Shown piece after piece: positions 19,387-28,893 of a stretch of DNA of 64,000 bases. Every line of letters starts with the position of its first letter. Position 1 is the stretch's first letter. Position numbers and translations under genes: made by a program. The notes beneath the pieces are model-generated. The model had not been told where the DNA came from. It made no database searches and worked only from the letters and a program-made list of their open reading frames with translations. The stretch comes from Parcubacteria group bacterium (GTDB taxonomy: Bacteria; Patescibacteriota; Minisyncoccia; Phycocordibacterales; Phycocordibacteraceae), in the NCBI GenBank assembly GCA_028286615.1, contig JAQBRG010000003.1, positions 147,406 through 211,405 on the forward strand, in the 5' to 3' direction.

Positions 19387-21855
19387 CTAGAGCGCGACCA
19401 TCGACGCGATACTGTCTCCCTCGCGCATCTTCATGATGCGTACCCCCTGTGTGGCACGTGAGAGCGAAGGAATCTCTCCAGCTGAACAGCGGATAACCTG
19501 TCCTTTCTTAGAAATAACAACGATTTCCTCTTCCTCGCCTTCAATACCAAGAAGCACCTTGGCACCGATAATCTTTCCGGTCTTTGGCGTAACCTCGGCA
19601 GTCTTAATACCTGAGCCTCCACGTCCCTGTACTTTGTATTCGCTAAGAGGTGTCTTCTTGCCGTATCCCTTATCCATAATAACGAGGAGGTCTGCCTTCT
19701 TAACACCTGCCGGCACTACTTCAGCAGAAACGATGAAGTCACCTTTCTTAACGGTCATACCGCGCACTCCAGCTGCGGTGCGGCCCATGGCGCGTACTTC
19801 GCCTTCGTCAAAGCGGATACTCTGTCCTTCAGACGTAACTATAGAAATGCTTTCTCCTTCAGAAGCGAGGTGTGCGGACACGAGACGGTCTTTGCCCTTA
19901 AGGGCGATAGCGATGATGCCGGAGCGGCGTACATCAGAGAAGCTCTTCGCTTCAACCTTCTTAACAACACCCTCGTCTGTAACAAGGAAGACGGACATCG
20001 CGTCGCGTGCGGCTCCCTTAGGTATCGCGAGTACGCTCGTTACCTTCTCTTCGCCTCCAAGCTGCAAGAAGTTCATGATGCTCTTGCCCTTCGTTGCTTT
20101 CTTTCCTTCAGGAAGCTCGTACATCTTGAGCTGGAATGCTTTGCCTTGGTCTGTGAAGAAGAGGAGCTCGGAGTGTGCTGAAGCTTTGAGGAAGTGCGTA
20201 ACCACATCTTCTTCCTTGGTAGACATGTCTATAACACCCACGCCTCCACGCTTCTGAACTTTGTACTCGTCTGGGTTCGTACGCTTTACGTAGCCGCCTG
20301 CAGTGAGCACGAGTACAGACTCTTCGTCTGGTACGAGGTCTTCTACAGAAATATTCTTTACGCCTCCCTTAACAATCTTGGTACGCCTGTCGTCTCCATA
20401 CTTGTCTCGTACATCAACGAGCTCTGCGCGTACAACGGTAAGGATGTTCTTCTCGGAAGAAAGGATCTTCTTGAGGCGCGCGATTATGATCTGGAGTTCT
20501 TTGAGTTCGTCCTCAATCTTCTGGCGCTCAAGGCCTGCAAGCGTCTGGAGACGCATCGCAAGAATGGCTGCCGTTTGAATTGGTGTGAACGCAAACTTCT
20601 TTATGAGCGCTTCGGACGCGGTTGGTACGTCTTTGGATGCGCGGATTATCTTAATAACCTCATCGATGTGATCGAGCGCTTTAGAAAGTCCGAGGAGAAT
20701 GTGTTCGCGTTCTTCTGCTTTGCGAAGTTCGTACTCGGTTCGCTTACGCACCACAATCTTTCTATGGGCAATAAAGCTTTCAAGCATGCCCTTAAGAGAA
20801 AGGGTCTGCGGTACGCCATCAACAAGCGCGAGCATGTTGTAGTGGAAGGTGCTCTCGAGTTCGGTGTACTTATATAGGTTGTTGAGAACGGCCTGAGGGT
20901 GCGCCGTTCCTTTAAGCTCAACGACCACGCGAATGTCGCTGGTTGATTCGTCTCTAAGATCCTTGATGCCTTCAAGCTTCTTGTCTCGTACGAGGTCTGC
21001 GATGCGGGTTATAAGGTCTGCTTTGTTAACGCGGAAAGGAATGGAGGTAATAACAATGTTAGTTCCCTTCTTCTCTTCAATTATTTCAGCCTCTCCACGA
21101 ACCACAACGCCGCCACGTCCGGTTGCGTATGCTTGTTTGATATCTGTCTGGTTAAACGCGATGCCTCCCATTGGGAAGTCTGGACCCTTCACGTATTCAA
21201 GAAGATCTTCGGTTGTTGCTTCAGGCTCATCTATGAGACGAGTTGTTGCGTCAACAACTTCGCGCAAGTTGTGCGGAGGAATGTTGGTGGCCATACCGAC
21301 AGCAATACCAAGTGCGCCATTCAAAAGAAGGTTAGGAGCAGCAGCTGGAAGCACGGTTGGTTCCTGTTTAGATCCGTCGAAGTTAGGTGCCCATAGGACG
21401 GTTTCCTTTTCGAGGTCTCGGAGCATTTCGTCTGCCAGGCGAGACATCTTAGCTTCGGTGTACCTGTATGCAGCGGCTGGGTCTCCGTCGATAGAACCAA
21501 AGTTTCCCTGTCCAGAGACAAGCGGATAGCGGGTTGAGAAGTCCTGCGCGAGCTTAACCATCGCATCGTACACGGAAGCGTCTCCGTGCGGGTGATAGGA
21601 ACCGAGCACCTCTCCGACAACGGTAGCTGACTTACGGAACTTGGCCGTAGGAGTGAGGCCGGTCTGGCGCATCGCGTAGAGAATGCGGCGGTGCACAGGC
21701 TTGAGTCCGTCACGCACATCAGGAAGCGCGCGCGAAGTTATAACCGTCATGGCGTAGTCGATGTACGACTGACGCATCTCAGACGTAATCGACTGATTGA
21801 TGATGTTTATGCGCGGAGTCTCTTCAGGAGCCGGTACTACTTCTTTCTTAGCCAT
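19387..21855 (-). CDS. gyrA: DNA gyrase subunit A
   Basis: [31 protein letters not shown], GyrA box QKRGGVG, CTD repeats. Confidence 0.97.
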   Translation of the reverse strand: MAKKEVVPAPEETPRINIINQSITSEMRQSYIDYAMTVITSRALPDVRDGLKPVHRRILYAMRQTGLTPTAKFRKSATVVGEVLGSYHPHGDASVYDAMVKLAQDFSTRYPLVSGQGNFGSIDGDPAAAYRYTEAKMSRLADEMLRDLEKETVLWAPNFDGSKQEPTVLPAAAPNLLLNGALGIAVGMATNIPPHNLREVVDATTRLIDEPEATTEDLLEYVKGPDFPMGGIAFNQTDIKQAYATGRGGVVVRGEAEIIEEKKGTNIVITSIPFRVNKADLITRIADLVRDKKLEGIKDLRDESTSDIRVVVELKGTAHPQAVLNNLYKYTELESTFHYNMLALVDGVPQTLSLKGMLESFIAHRKIVVRKRTEYELRKAEEREHILLGLSKALDHIDEVIKIIRASKDVPTASEALIKKFAFTPIQTAAILAMRLQTLAGLERQKIEDELKELQIIIARLKKILSSEKNILTVVRAELVDVRDKYGDDRRTKIVKGGVKNISVEDLVPDEESVLVLTAGGYVKRTNPDEYKVQKRGGVGVIDMSTKEEDVVTHFLKASAHSELLFFTDQGKAFQLKMYELPEGKKATKGKSIMNFLQLGGEEKVTSVLAIPKGAARDAMSVFLVTDEGVVKKVEAKSFSDVRRSGIIAIALKGKDRLVSAHLASEGESISIVTSEGQSIRFDEGEVRAMGRTAAGVRGMTVKKGDFIVSAEVVPAGVKKADLLVIMDKGYGKKTPLSEYKVQGRGGSGIKTAEVTPKTGKIIGAKVLLGIEGEEEEIVVISKKGQVIRCSAGEIPSLSRATQGVRIMKMREGDSIASMVAL

Positions 21856-21860
21856 ACAAA

Positions 21861-22220
21861 TTAAAACGGTATCACCGTGCGGGTGTCTTCTTTAGTATCA
21901 AAAGTCGAAGTCTCTTTCACATCAACCACGGTTAGCGTTGGTTTTGTTGAAGTTGCACCAACCGCAGCGCCCGCGGCTCCAAGAAGCTGAGAGAACCCGG
22001 TCTTCGTTTCTGTGTATGCCTGCTTCACATCGCTTCCCGTTCCTGTGTTTGAAGCAACCTGTGTTGGAGCAAGCGTAAGAGCGCCTGAGCTTGCCATAGC
22101 AGCAGCCCATCCAATAGCAACGAGACCTGTGAGAAGGCCTGATGTAGCAATGGCAATACGATGCCTGACATGGTCTGGCTTTTCTCGTAGACGATCGATG
22201 TGATGGACTAGGGTAGCCAT
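21861..22220 (-). CDS. hypothetical single-TM protein
   Basis: [13 protein letters not shown] followed by TM; co-oriented between MBL gene and gyrA. Confidence 0.7.
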   Translation of the reverse strand: MATLVHHIDRLREKPDHVRHRIAIATSGLLTGLVAIGWAAAMASSGALTLAPTQVASNTGTGSDVKQAYTETKTGFSQLLGAAGAAVGATSTKPTLTVVDVKETSTFDTKEDTRTVIPF

Positions 22221-22225
22221 ACTAG

Positions 22226-22885
22226 TTAGGGAGTTATCACTATGATAGCACCGTCCTTTTCTGCAGCATCCTTCTTCTTAAGAGTGAGCTTGTCCAACCT
22301 CTCTTCCTTGCCGCTGCCCTCCTCCTTTATAAAGGCTTCGAGTGCCTTTGGTTCCCCCATCCCATTCCAATGCATTGGGATGATGATCTTAGGCTCGAGG
22401 GACACCGCAAGCTTTGCCGCTTCCGCTGCGTTGAGCACCCCGTCGCCCCCAACCGGGACGAACAAGATGTCGATCTCATCAATTGCTTCGCGCGCCTCAT
22501 GTGACAATACGGTATCAGAAAGCGCGCCTAGGTGCACGAGTGTCATTCCTTCGAGAGTAACGGCGTATACCGTGTTAACCGCATCGAGTTTTGCGAGCTC
22601 TCCTTTCTTAGTAGCGAGGCCGTACTGGCTCTTCGTTAGGAAGCCCTGGATAGTTACGCCTGAGTGCTCGTATTCGCCAGGGCCAATAATAGCGAACGGT
22701 TCCTTTCCTCCGAAAGAAACCTCATCCACGCCGTTCATATCTGGATGGTTGCGGGTTACGAGCGCAATGTCTGCTCCAAAGCGCACAGCAGGAAGAGTCC
22801 CGCCTTTAGAGATGGGATCGAATACGAGGGTTAGGTCCCCGAACGTAACTTTGAAGCATTGCCCGCCGTGGTGGGTGATGACCAT
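22226..22885 (-). CDS. MBL-fold metallo-hydrolase (degenerate metal motif)
   Basis: ITHHGGQCF, DP, VTRNHPDM, VHLG, DILFVPVGG, PKIIIPMHW. Confidence 0.85.
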   Translation of the reverse strand: MVITHHGGQCFKVTFGDLTLVFDPISKGGTLPAVRFGADIALVTRNHPDMNGVDEVSFGGKEPFAIIGPGEYEHSGVTIQGFLTKSQYGLATKKGELAKLDAVNTVYAVTLEGMTLVHLGALSDTVLSHEAREAIDEIDILFVPVGGDGVLNAAEAAKLAVSLEPKIIIPMHWNGMGEPKALEAFIKEEGSGKEERLDKLTLKKKDAAEKDGAIIVITP

Positions 22886-23038
22886 TACATGAATTATACC
22901 CTGAACACTGTGCACAGGCGAGTCCTTGCAGCTTCATGAAGTAGGCATAGAGTAGAGAGGTTCGAGGTGCCTTATACAGGAAGACCTCAACACGTATCGA
23001 AGGGACATCCTGTCTTTTCGAGCAACTGGAGCCAGACC

Positions 23039-23179
23039 ATGAACAGACCACCGCCGTCCGTGAGCGCCGTCGCTCAAGCCCCTGCCGCACCGAGCATCTC
23101 CGCCCTGGCCGCTGACCGCGCCACCGAGCACCCCGACGTCGACCGCGGCCGCCACGCTGGGCACATCGCCGGCGGCTAG
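23039..23179 (+). CDS. 46-aa Ala/Pro-rich peptide, GC-rich
   Basis: GGAG SD 8 nt upstream; C/G-ending codons; followed by hairpins. Confidence 0.45.
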   Translation: MNRPPPSVSAVAQAPAAPSISALAADRATEHPDVDRGRHAGHIAGG

Positions 23180-23443
23180 CCTCCACTCCTGGATGATCTA
23201 GCCGCATCAAAGGACTCTGTGGTGCGACGTGTGAGGCCTCGCACCACAGAGTCTGGATCTCTTCATTCTTCTACTCCAACCACTATCTAGCTCTGCTACG
23301 ATACACAACGCCACGCTTCCCCAAGCGCGGCTTTTTCATTTTATTGACCCGACCCTAAACCCGTGTTAATCTACTCCCATCGCGTCTTCGGGCGCGCTGT
23401 TTATTTCACAACAGAATATAAATCTGAAGAGGGACGTTTACGC

Positions 23444-23587
23444 ATGAGCGGATACAGTCAACAGCAAAAACAAATGCAGCCTCTCCCGGACAAGGTGCGG
23501 GAACAACCCGTCACCGGTCACGGCAGCAAGGGCGCCGGCGTTCACCCGCAGCCGCATCAAGGCACCGCGGGTCGTTCCATCCGCTAA
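23444..23587 (+). CDS. 47-aa Gln/Pro-rich peptide
   Basis: GAGGGA SD; TTGACC-17-TAATCT promoter at 23345-23373. Confidence 0.5.
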   Translation: MSGYSQQQKQMQPLPDKVREQPVTGHGSKGAGVHPQPHQGTAGRSIR

Positions 23588-23683
23588 GGCGGGGATCTAG
23601 ACCAAAATATCGGTCTAGCTAGTCTGGCTTCGCGCCTGCTAGATACCGGGAGGAGCAAGCAATTGCTTCTCCCGAAGACCGCC
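23588..23683 (+). ncRNA. candidate structured RNA element (4-way junction)
   Basis: GGCGG/CCGCC closing stem enclosing three hairpins. Confidence 0.4.
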
Positions 23684-23705
23684 AACAGCAAAAGGGATGG
23701 ACTAC

Positions 23706-23822
23706 ATGTTTAAAGACCTTCCACAGCAACGGCCGCAAGACTTTCCGCTTCCGAGAAGCGCCAAGCAGCCGCAACACCAAGGCAAGCTTCTGGAACCCAA
23801 GAAGAAAACGGGGAGCCAATGA
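23706..23822 (+). CDS. 38-aa Gln/Pro-rich peptide, similar to 23444-23587
   Basis: MFKDLPQQRPQDFPLPRSAKQPQHQGKLLEPKKKTGSQ; AAGGGA SD. Confidence 0.45.
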   Translation: MFKDLPQQRPQDFPLPRSAKQPQHQGKLLEPKKKTGSQ

Positions 23823-24026
23823 TTTGGCTCCCCGGACTACCCTCTTCAGATTAGCTCTTTCACAAAGTCCACCACGGTGGGCTTTTGTTATATAGCCTAT
23901 TTACTTACTTTCTTAGCCTTTTAACCCATATACCTATTGACATTTGATATCTAAAGTGCTATCGTTCATTCCAGAGAAAGGCTCGCGACCCGCGACCCTC
24001 TACCTTGATATTTAGGAGAGACATGA

Positions 24027-25094
24027 GTGAATAAGTCCCAAACCGAAGCTCGCCCCAATCTTGCTGACGCTCTCCAAGGAGAGGCCGTGATGCCCCCGCT
24101 CTGCTTCCGCATGAACGGTACGGGCAAGCTGGAAGAAGGCATCGAGCTTGAGATGAGCCACCCGCTTCTGTCAGTCGGCAAGATGGCCCTGTTCTTCAAC
24201 AACGCGTCCTACGTGTTGCGGAATCTGAACAACGGCTGTCTCTATCAGCCGCAACCCGAGAAGAACACCGGCCTCGTTCGGCGCGCCGTGGTCGAATGGA
24301 AGGAACTGGAGGGCAAAAAGCCCTTTCCGCTCCTCACTCGTCCGCAAGGCCAGACCGAAAACCTGTTGGCCCACGTGTGCGCCAACATGGAACTGCCCGT
24401 CGGCGCTCAGCTGAAGGAACGGTTCTATGCCGGCATCATCACCACGGCCAGCGTCATCGGCACCGATAAGCTCGGTCGCGAAATGCTCCTTTCCTTCGGG
24501 AAGGGCGACATCGCGGACGTGTTCTACAAGGACGGCAGCGTGAAGCGCGTCGTTCGCGAGAACGATGCTCTGGTCGTCGACGTCCTCACCATCGAGGACC
24601 AAGCCGACCTGCGCATCGACCGCGTGCGGAACGAACTCACCGCCCTCGAAAAGATGCCAGTCGGTGACGAACGCGCCAAGATGGAGGACGGCCTCTACCA
24701 TGAGGTCATCACCATCCTGACCATCGGCGGCAAGCGCTCCAGCTACATCTTGAAGTCGGCCTTCGACTTCCTCGATGACGCCTGCGACGAGAGCAAGCTG
24801 CGCGCCGGCGTTCGCGCCCGTGCGCTCGATATGCTTCGGCAGATCGACCCGGCCTATGCGCTGCGCTTCGGCATCAGCACACAGGCTGGCGGCCCTTCCA
24901 AGCGTGGGTCCGGTGATTTCACCACTGCCTCCGTGCCGTCTTCGGACAGCATGGTCCGCAAGGGTCCACCGGCGGCTCGAAAGGCCAAACTGGCTGAACG
25001 CGCCAACCGCGACCGCGAAGCTCGTTCGCGCATGGCTGGCTCCTCGGGAGGCGGCAAGCAGGACAAGGGCGGTAACAAGAAGAAGGGCAAGTAA
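24027..25094 (+). CDS. hypothetical protein with basic Lys/Arg/Gly-rich C-terminal tail
   Basis: GTG start with AGGAGAG SD; TTGACA-17-TATCGT promoter; GC-rich codons. Confidence 0.8.
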   Translation: MNKSQTEARPNLADALQGEAVMPPLCFRMNGTGKLEEGIELEMSHPLLSVGKMALFFNNASYVLRNLNNGCLYQPQPEKNTGLVRRAVVEWKELEGKKPFPLLTRPQGQTENLLAHVCANMELPVGAQLKERFYAGIITTASVIGTDKLGREMLLSFGKGDIADVFYKDGSVKRVVRENDALVVDVLTIEDQADLRIDRVRNELTALEKMPVGDERAKMEDGLYHEVITILTIGGKRSSYILKSAFDFLDDACDESKLRAGVRARALDMLRQIDPAYALRFGISTQAGGPSKRGSGDFTTASVPSSDSMVRKGPPAARKAKLAERANRDREARSRMAGSSGGGKQDKGGNKKKGK

Positions 25095-25371
25095 TAGCCC
25101 CTCCTAAATACAATATCCACTGAACCTTATAAGGCCCTCGACGTATCGAGGGCCTTAATCTTTATCTACATATGCTACGTCCCCTACAGATCCTTGAGTC
25201 CAGGCATCAAGGGCGCTCAACTTCAACATTGGGCGCCTTTTCTTTTACTTAAAATTAGAACATATCCACAGGCTCTTGACAATTCATGAAGCTCGTGATA
25301 ATTTCCTCTCACCGACTGCTTGAGGCGCGAGCTTTAAGAAGGGACGGTACGAACCTCGAAGGAGACGACCC

Positions 25372-25656
25372 ATGAAAAGGCTCCATCTCATCGGCGCGAT
25401 AGCGGCGATGTCTTGTCTGACGACGGCGCGCGACGCCGCAATGGCCGGCAGCGACAGGGTGCATTCCAAGACGACGACCGACGACGGCACCGCCATGACC
25501 AGTATCAGCAACGGCATCGGCAACACCGGCGGCGCGGGCGGCCACATCACCGGCCATGACCCCTATGTGAACCTGACCTCCATCGCGCATCCGCTCGACG
25601 AACTCGGCCGCGGCGCCGACTCGGCCGATCCGGACATCACCGTCCTGCTGAACTAG
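25372..25656 (+). CDS. 94-aa hypothetical protein, possible signal peptide
   Basis: AAGGAG SD; TTGACA-17-TAATTT promoter; MKRLHLIGAIAAMSC N-terminus. Confidence 0.6.
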   Translation: MKRLHLIGAIAAMSCLTTARDAAMAGSDRVHSKTTTDDGTAMTSISNGIGNTGGAGGHITGHDPYVNLTSIAHPLDELGRGADSADPDITVLLN

Positions 25657-25895
25657 AACCTGGTCGCCGACGGCTCTGTCTGAGTCATCTCAGACAGAGC
25701 CAGGCAAAAGTCCTCAAGGCAAAGCCTCGAGGCACGGGCGCACGATTTCTTCGGATCTCGTGCGCCCTTTCTCTTTACCTATATATGTGCTACAAATCCC
25801 CTATCGCGAGCGCGTATATAAGCCGCGAGAGGGCTATCCCTGGGAGCGCAAGCAAACAGTACCCTCCGCACACAACGCGCCGCACTTTTTAATTC

Positions 25896-27041
25896 ATGCC
25901 TGAAGAAACCGCTTCCCCGGAGGCGCTTGAGGAGCGTAAGCCCTCAGCTCCGGTAAGCACTATTACAATTGAACCCGGCCATCCAATGGCGGGGATGATT
26001 GACGCTATCGTCACTCCTCCTCGTGTTGGAGACTTGGTTGAAGGAACCATAATCGAGCTCGTCCGCGGACGTCTCTATGTAGACCTTCCTCCATTTGGTA
26101 CGGGTATTATCTACGGCCGCGAGTATCTCAACGCTGCAGACGTGCTTCGCAAGGCAAACCCTGGAGACACCATAACCGCAAAGGTTGTGGACGTTGCTGG
26201 TATCGAAGGATACATCGAGCTTTCCCTTAAGGAGGCTCGCCAGGCAGCTATCTGGGGCGAGGCTGAGCAGGCTATCGTTGCACAGACCATCTACAACATT
26301 CCTGTTGAAGAAGCCAACAAGGGCGGTCTTATCCTTTCATGGCAGGGCATCCAGGGATTCCTTCCTGCATCCCAGCTTTCAAAGGACCACTACCCACGTG
26401 TTCCTGAGGGAGACAAGGACAAGATCTTCTCTGAACTTCAGAAGCTTGCCGGCGTATCTCTCGCCGTTCGCATCATCACAGCCGATCCTAAGGAAGGAAA
26501 GCTTATCTTCTCTGAGCGTGTTGGAGACGAGGAGCAGGAGAAGGCAAACCTCGTAGACAAGTACCAGGTTGGCGATGTTGTTGAGGGAGAAGTTACAGGA
26601 GCTGTAGACTTCGGTGTCTTTGTGAAGCTTGAGACCGGACTTGAAGGACTCGTACACATCTCAGAGCTCGATTGGGGACTCGTTGAAGACCCACGCGTAC
26701 TCTTCAAGGTTGGCGACGCCGTTAAGGTTAAGGTTATTGAAGTTAAGGACGGAAAGATCTCTCTTTCTATCAAGGCACTCAAGGAGAACCCTTGGAAGAC
26801 CGCTTCAGACCGTTACAAGAAGGGTATGGATGTTACCGGCGTTATCATCAAGTACAACAAGCACGGTGCACTCGCTTCTATTGAAGAAGGCGTTGCCGGT
26901 CTCGTACACATCAGCGAGTTCGCTACTCCAGCAGAACTCCGCGAGACACTTGAACTTGGAAAGACGTATCCGTTCAGCATTACCCTCTTCGAACCAAAGG
27001 ACCAGCGCATGACGCTCTCCATGATTGAGAAGAAGAAATAA
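25896..27041 (+). CDS. rpsA: 30S ribosomal protein S1 (four S1 domains)
   Basis: Repeated S1 motifs GFLPASQL, FGVFV...GLEGLVHISEL, GVAGLVHISEF. Confidence 0.9.
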   Translation: MPEETASPEALEERKPSAPVSTITIEPGHPMAGMIDAIVTPPRVGDLVEGTIIELVRGRLYVDLPPFGTGIIYGREYLNAADVLRKANPGDTITAKVVDVAGIEGYIELSLKEARQAAIWGEAEQAIVAQTIYNIPVEEANKGGLILSWQGIQGFLPASQLSKDHYPRVPEGDKDKIFSELQKLAGVSLAVRIITADPKEGKLIFSERVGDEEQEKANLVDKYQVGDVVEGEVTGAVDFGVFVKLETGLEGLVHISELDWGLVEDPRVLFKVGDAVKVKVIEVKDGKISLSIKALKENPWKTASDRYKKGMDVTGVIIKYNKHGALASIEEGVAGLVHISEFATPAELRETLELGKTYPFSITLFEPKDQRMTLSMIEKKK

Positions 27042-27056
27042 GGAAGACAGATAAAA

Positions 27057-27083
27057 GAAACCCCCGACTTGGTCGGGGGTTTC
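27057..27083. terminator. bidirectional terminator rpsA/pth
   Basis: GAAACCCCCGAC-TTG-GTCGGGGGTTTC. Confidence 0.8.
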
Positions 27084-27085
27084 TT

Positions 27086-27688
27086 TTATTTCGCAGTGTT
27101 CGCTTCGAGCATCGCTTTCTCTATCCCGTCTGTTACGAAATACCTCGCAGCAACAGCAGCGCGCTTGAGTACCTTCTTAAGCTCAGCCTCTTCAGTTGGT
27201 TTGAACTTCCCTATTACGTGATTGATTACCCTGTCTTCTCCCGAAACCTTCTTAACTTTTCCTTTTGCAGTTGCGCCTGAGATGCCAATCTTCATCTGAG
27301 CGAATTCCTTGGTCTTGAGAGTGCGCATAACGCTTTCGATACCTTTGTGTCCTCCGCTACCTCGTCCAAAGGTTGTCATCTTGATAGTACCGAGAGGAAG
27401 ATCTAGTTCGTCTCGGATAATAAGAAGTTTCTTAGCGGCTGGCTTGCTGCGCACAAGTGCTGCTGCGGATGTGCCCGAGTGGTTCATATATACCTCGGGA
27501 AGTACGATACTAACCTTCTCTCCTCCTATAGTTCCTTCTGCAACAAGTGCTTGAGCCGTCTTCTTAAGTTTGAAATCTGTAAATCCTTCTTCTGAAGCCA
27601 GGAGTTCTGCAACCATGCGCCCAGCGTTATGCCGGGTTTTTGCGTATTCGCCTCCGGGATTCCCAAGACCCATGATTACGTATGCCAT
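27086..27688 (-). CDS. pth: peptidyl-tRNA hydrolase
   Basis: GLGNPGGEYAKTRHNAG, YMN.SG, DELDLPLG, GSGGHKG. Confidence 0.95.
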   Translation of the reverse strand: MAYVIMGLGNPGGEYAKTRHNAGRMVAELLASEEGFTDFKLKKTAQALVAEGTIGGEKVSIVLPEVYMNHSGTSAAALVRSKPAAKKLLIIRDELDLPLGTIKMTTFGRGSGGHKGIESVMRTLKTKEFAQMKIGISGATAKGKVKKVSGEDRVINHVIGKFKPTEEAELKKVLKRAAVAARYFVTDGIEKAMLEANTAK

Positions 27689-27754
27689 TAGAAAGATTGT
27701 ATCAGGTTTAAGAAAAAGGATTTGACTAGAGAGTATGGGAGCGTATAATTCTTA

Positions 27755-27875
27755 TACAAATGCCGAGAGGCATCGGAGACTTCTGGCGCGAGCTGGGAGA
27801 TCGCAAGCCAACGAAGGTCACGTACCGTCGTTGGCCAAAATAGCAACAAGCCCCTGTTATGCAGGGGCTTGTTGG
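27755..27875 (+). ncRNA. candidate small RNA (or 27-aa peptide mRNA) convergent on PemK/MazF toxin
   Basis: TTGACT-16-TATAAT (27722-27749), internal hairpins, terminal 13-bp hairpin 27844-27874. Confidence 0.6.
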
Positions 27876-28262
27876 TTAAAATAAAAGTCTTTTGATTCTT
27901 TCTTTCATTAAGGAGAAGTCTGGCCGATTCATCTTTCCTATGTAGCGGTTAAATCTCTTCGTGCTTATTAAGTGCACATGAGTTATTAAAGCCACCCATT
28001 TATCACCTTTATTTTCAAATAAAAAATAATAAGGGAGATCTTTAAAGGTTGAGGTTGTGGGTACGATGAGTGCCAGACCTTTTCCAAACGTTTTGAGCAC
28101 AATTATTGGCCTTTCGTATAAGGCTTTCTTACCGTCTTGCTCGTCGCCTATATTTAAGCCTACTGAGCACCACCATATATCTCGCTCATACACGATCAAC
28201 TCAGATTTTTCTTCTTCTATTCTTTTCTTCTGCTCATTCCACGCATCAAAATCCTTTTGCAT
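27876..28262 (-). CDS. PemK/MazF-family toxin (orphan)
   Basis: KDFDAWN..K, ERDIWWCSVGLNIGDEQDGK...ERPIIVLK...IVPTTS, ISTKR. Confidence 0.85.
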   Translation of the reverse strand: MQKDFDAWNEQKKRIEEEKSELIVYERDIWWCSVGLNIGDEQDGKKALYERPIIVLKTFGKGLALIVPTTSTFKDLPYYFLFENKGDKWVALITHVHLISTKRFNRYIGKMNRPDFSLMKERIKRLLF

Positions 28263-28353
28263 TGCACTAACCTACAATATTGCGATATGAACAAGATGGT
28301 CGCGTAATAAGAAAAAGTTGACGCGCCGAAAGAGAGGAATACAATGAGCGGTA

Positions 28354-28893
28354 ATGCGAACCTTGCGAGAGATACTTTCATTCGTCATCCTCGCCGTCAT
28401 CATTGTTGTTCCTATCCGTTTGTTCATCGCTCAACCATTCGTTGTTGAAGGTGAAAGCATGCATCCTACGTTTGAAAGCGCTGACTATCTCATCGTTGAC
28501 GAACTCTCCTACCATCTCCACGCACCGCAACGCGGCGACGTTATTGTTTTTAGATATCCAAACGATCCGAAAGTGTTTTACATAAAGCGCATCATCGGTC
28601 TTCCTGGAGAAACCGTGAGTGTTAAGGATGGGAAGACAACTGTTAAGAAAGTTGATGGTACTGAAATCGCACTTGATGAGCCGTACGTAGTCTCTGAAGA
28701 CGCCACATACACCAACGACAGCGTTCTTGGTGCAGACCAGTACTTTGTTATGGGAGACAACCGTCCTCGCAGCTCAGATTCTCGTATCTGGGGACCACTC
28801 CCTAAGAAAGATATTGTAGGTCGTGCTTTCATACGCCTTCTTCCTGCAGGATCAATAGGTATTCTTCCCGGAAGAATCGAACTACCACAATGA
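28354..28893 (+). CDS. lepB: signal peptidase I
   Basis: GESMHPT, RGDVIVF, YIKRIIGLPGE, VMGDNR..S.DSR.WG. Confidence 0.95.
   Translation: MRTLREILSFVILAVIIVVPIRLFIAQPFVVEGESMHPTFESADYLIVDELSYHLHAPQRGDVIVFRYPNDPKVFYIKRIIGLPGETVSVKDGKTTVKKVDGTEIALDEPYVVSEDATYTNDSVLGADQYFVMGDNRPRSSDSRIWGPLPKKDIVGRAFIRLLPAGSIGILPGRIELPQ

Noticed and set aside
23039-25656. Small peptides as RiPP precursors
   Set aside because: No modifying enzyme, peptidase or exporter nearby; one C-terminal GG is insufficient evidence.
23588-27875. Candidate RNAs as tmRNA, SRP RNA or 6S RNA
   Set aside because: No tRNA-like GGGG..CCA ends or T-loop, no SRP GGAA/AGCAG domain IV motif, and no long 6S-type duplex recognised.
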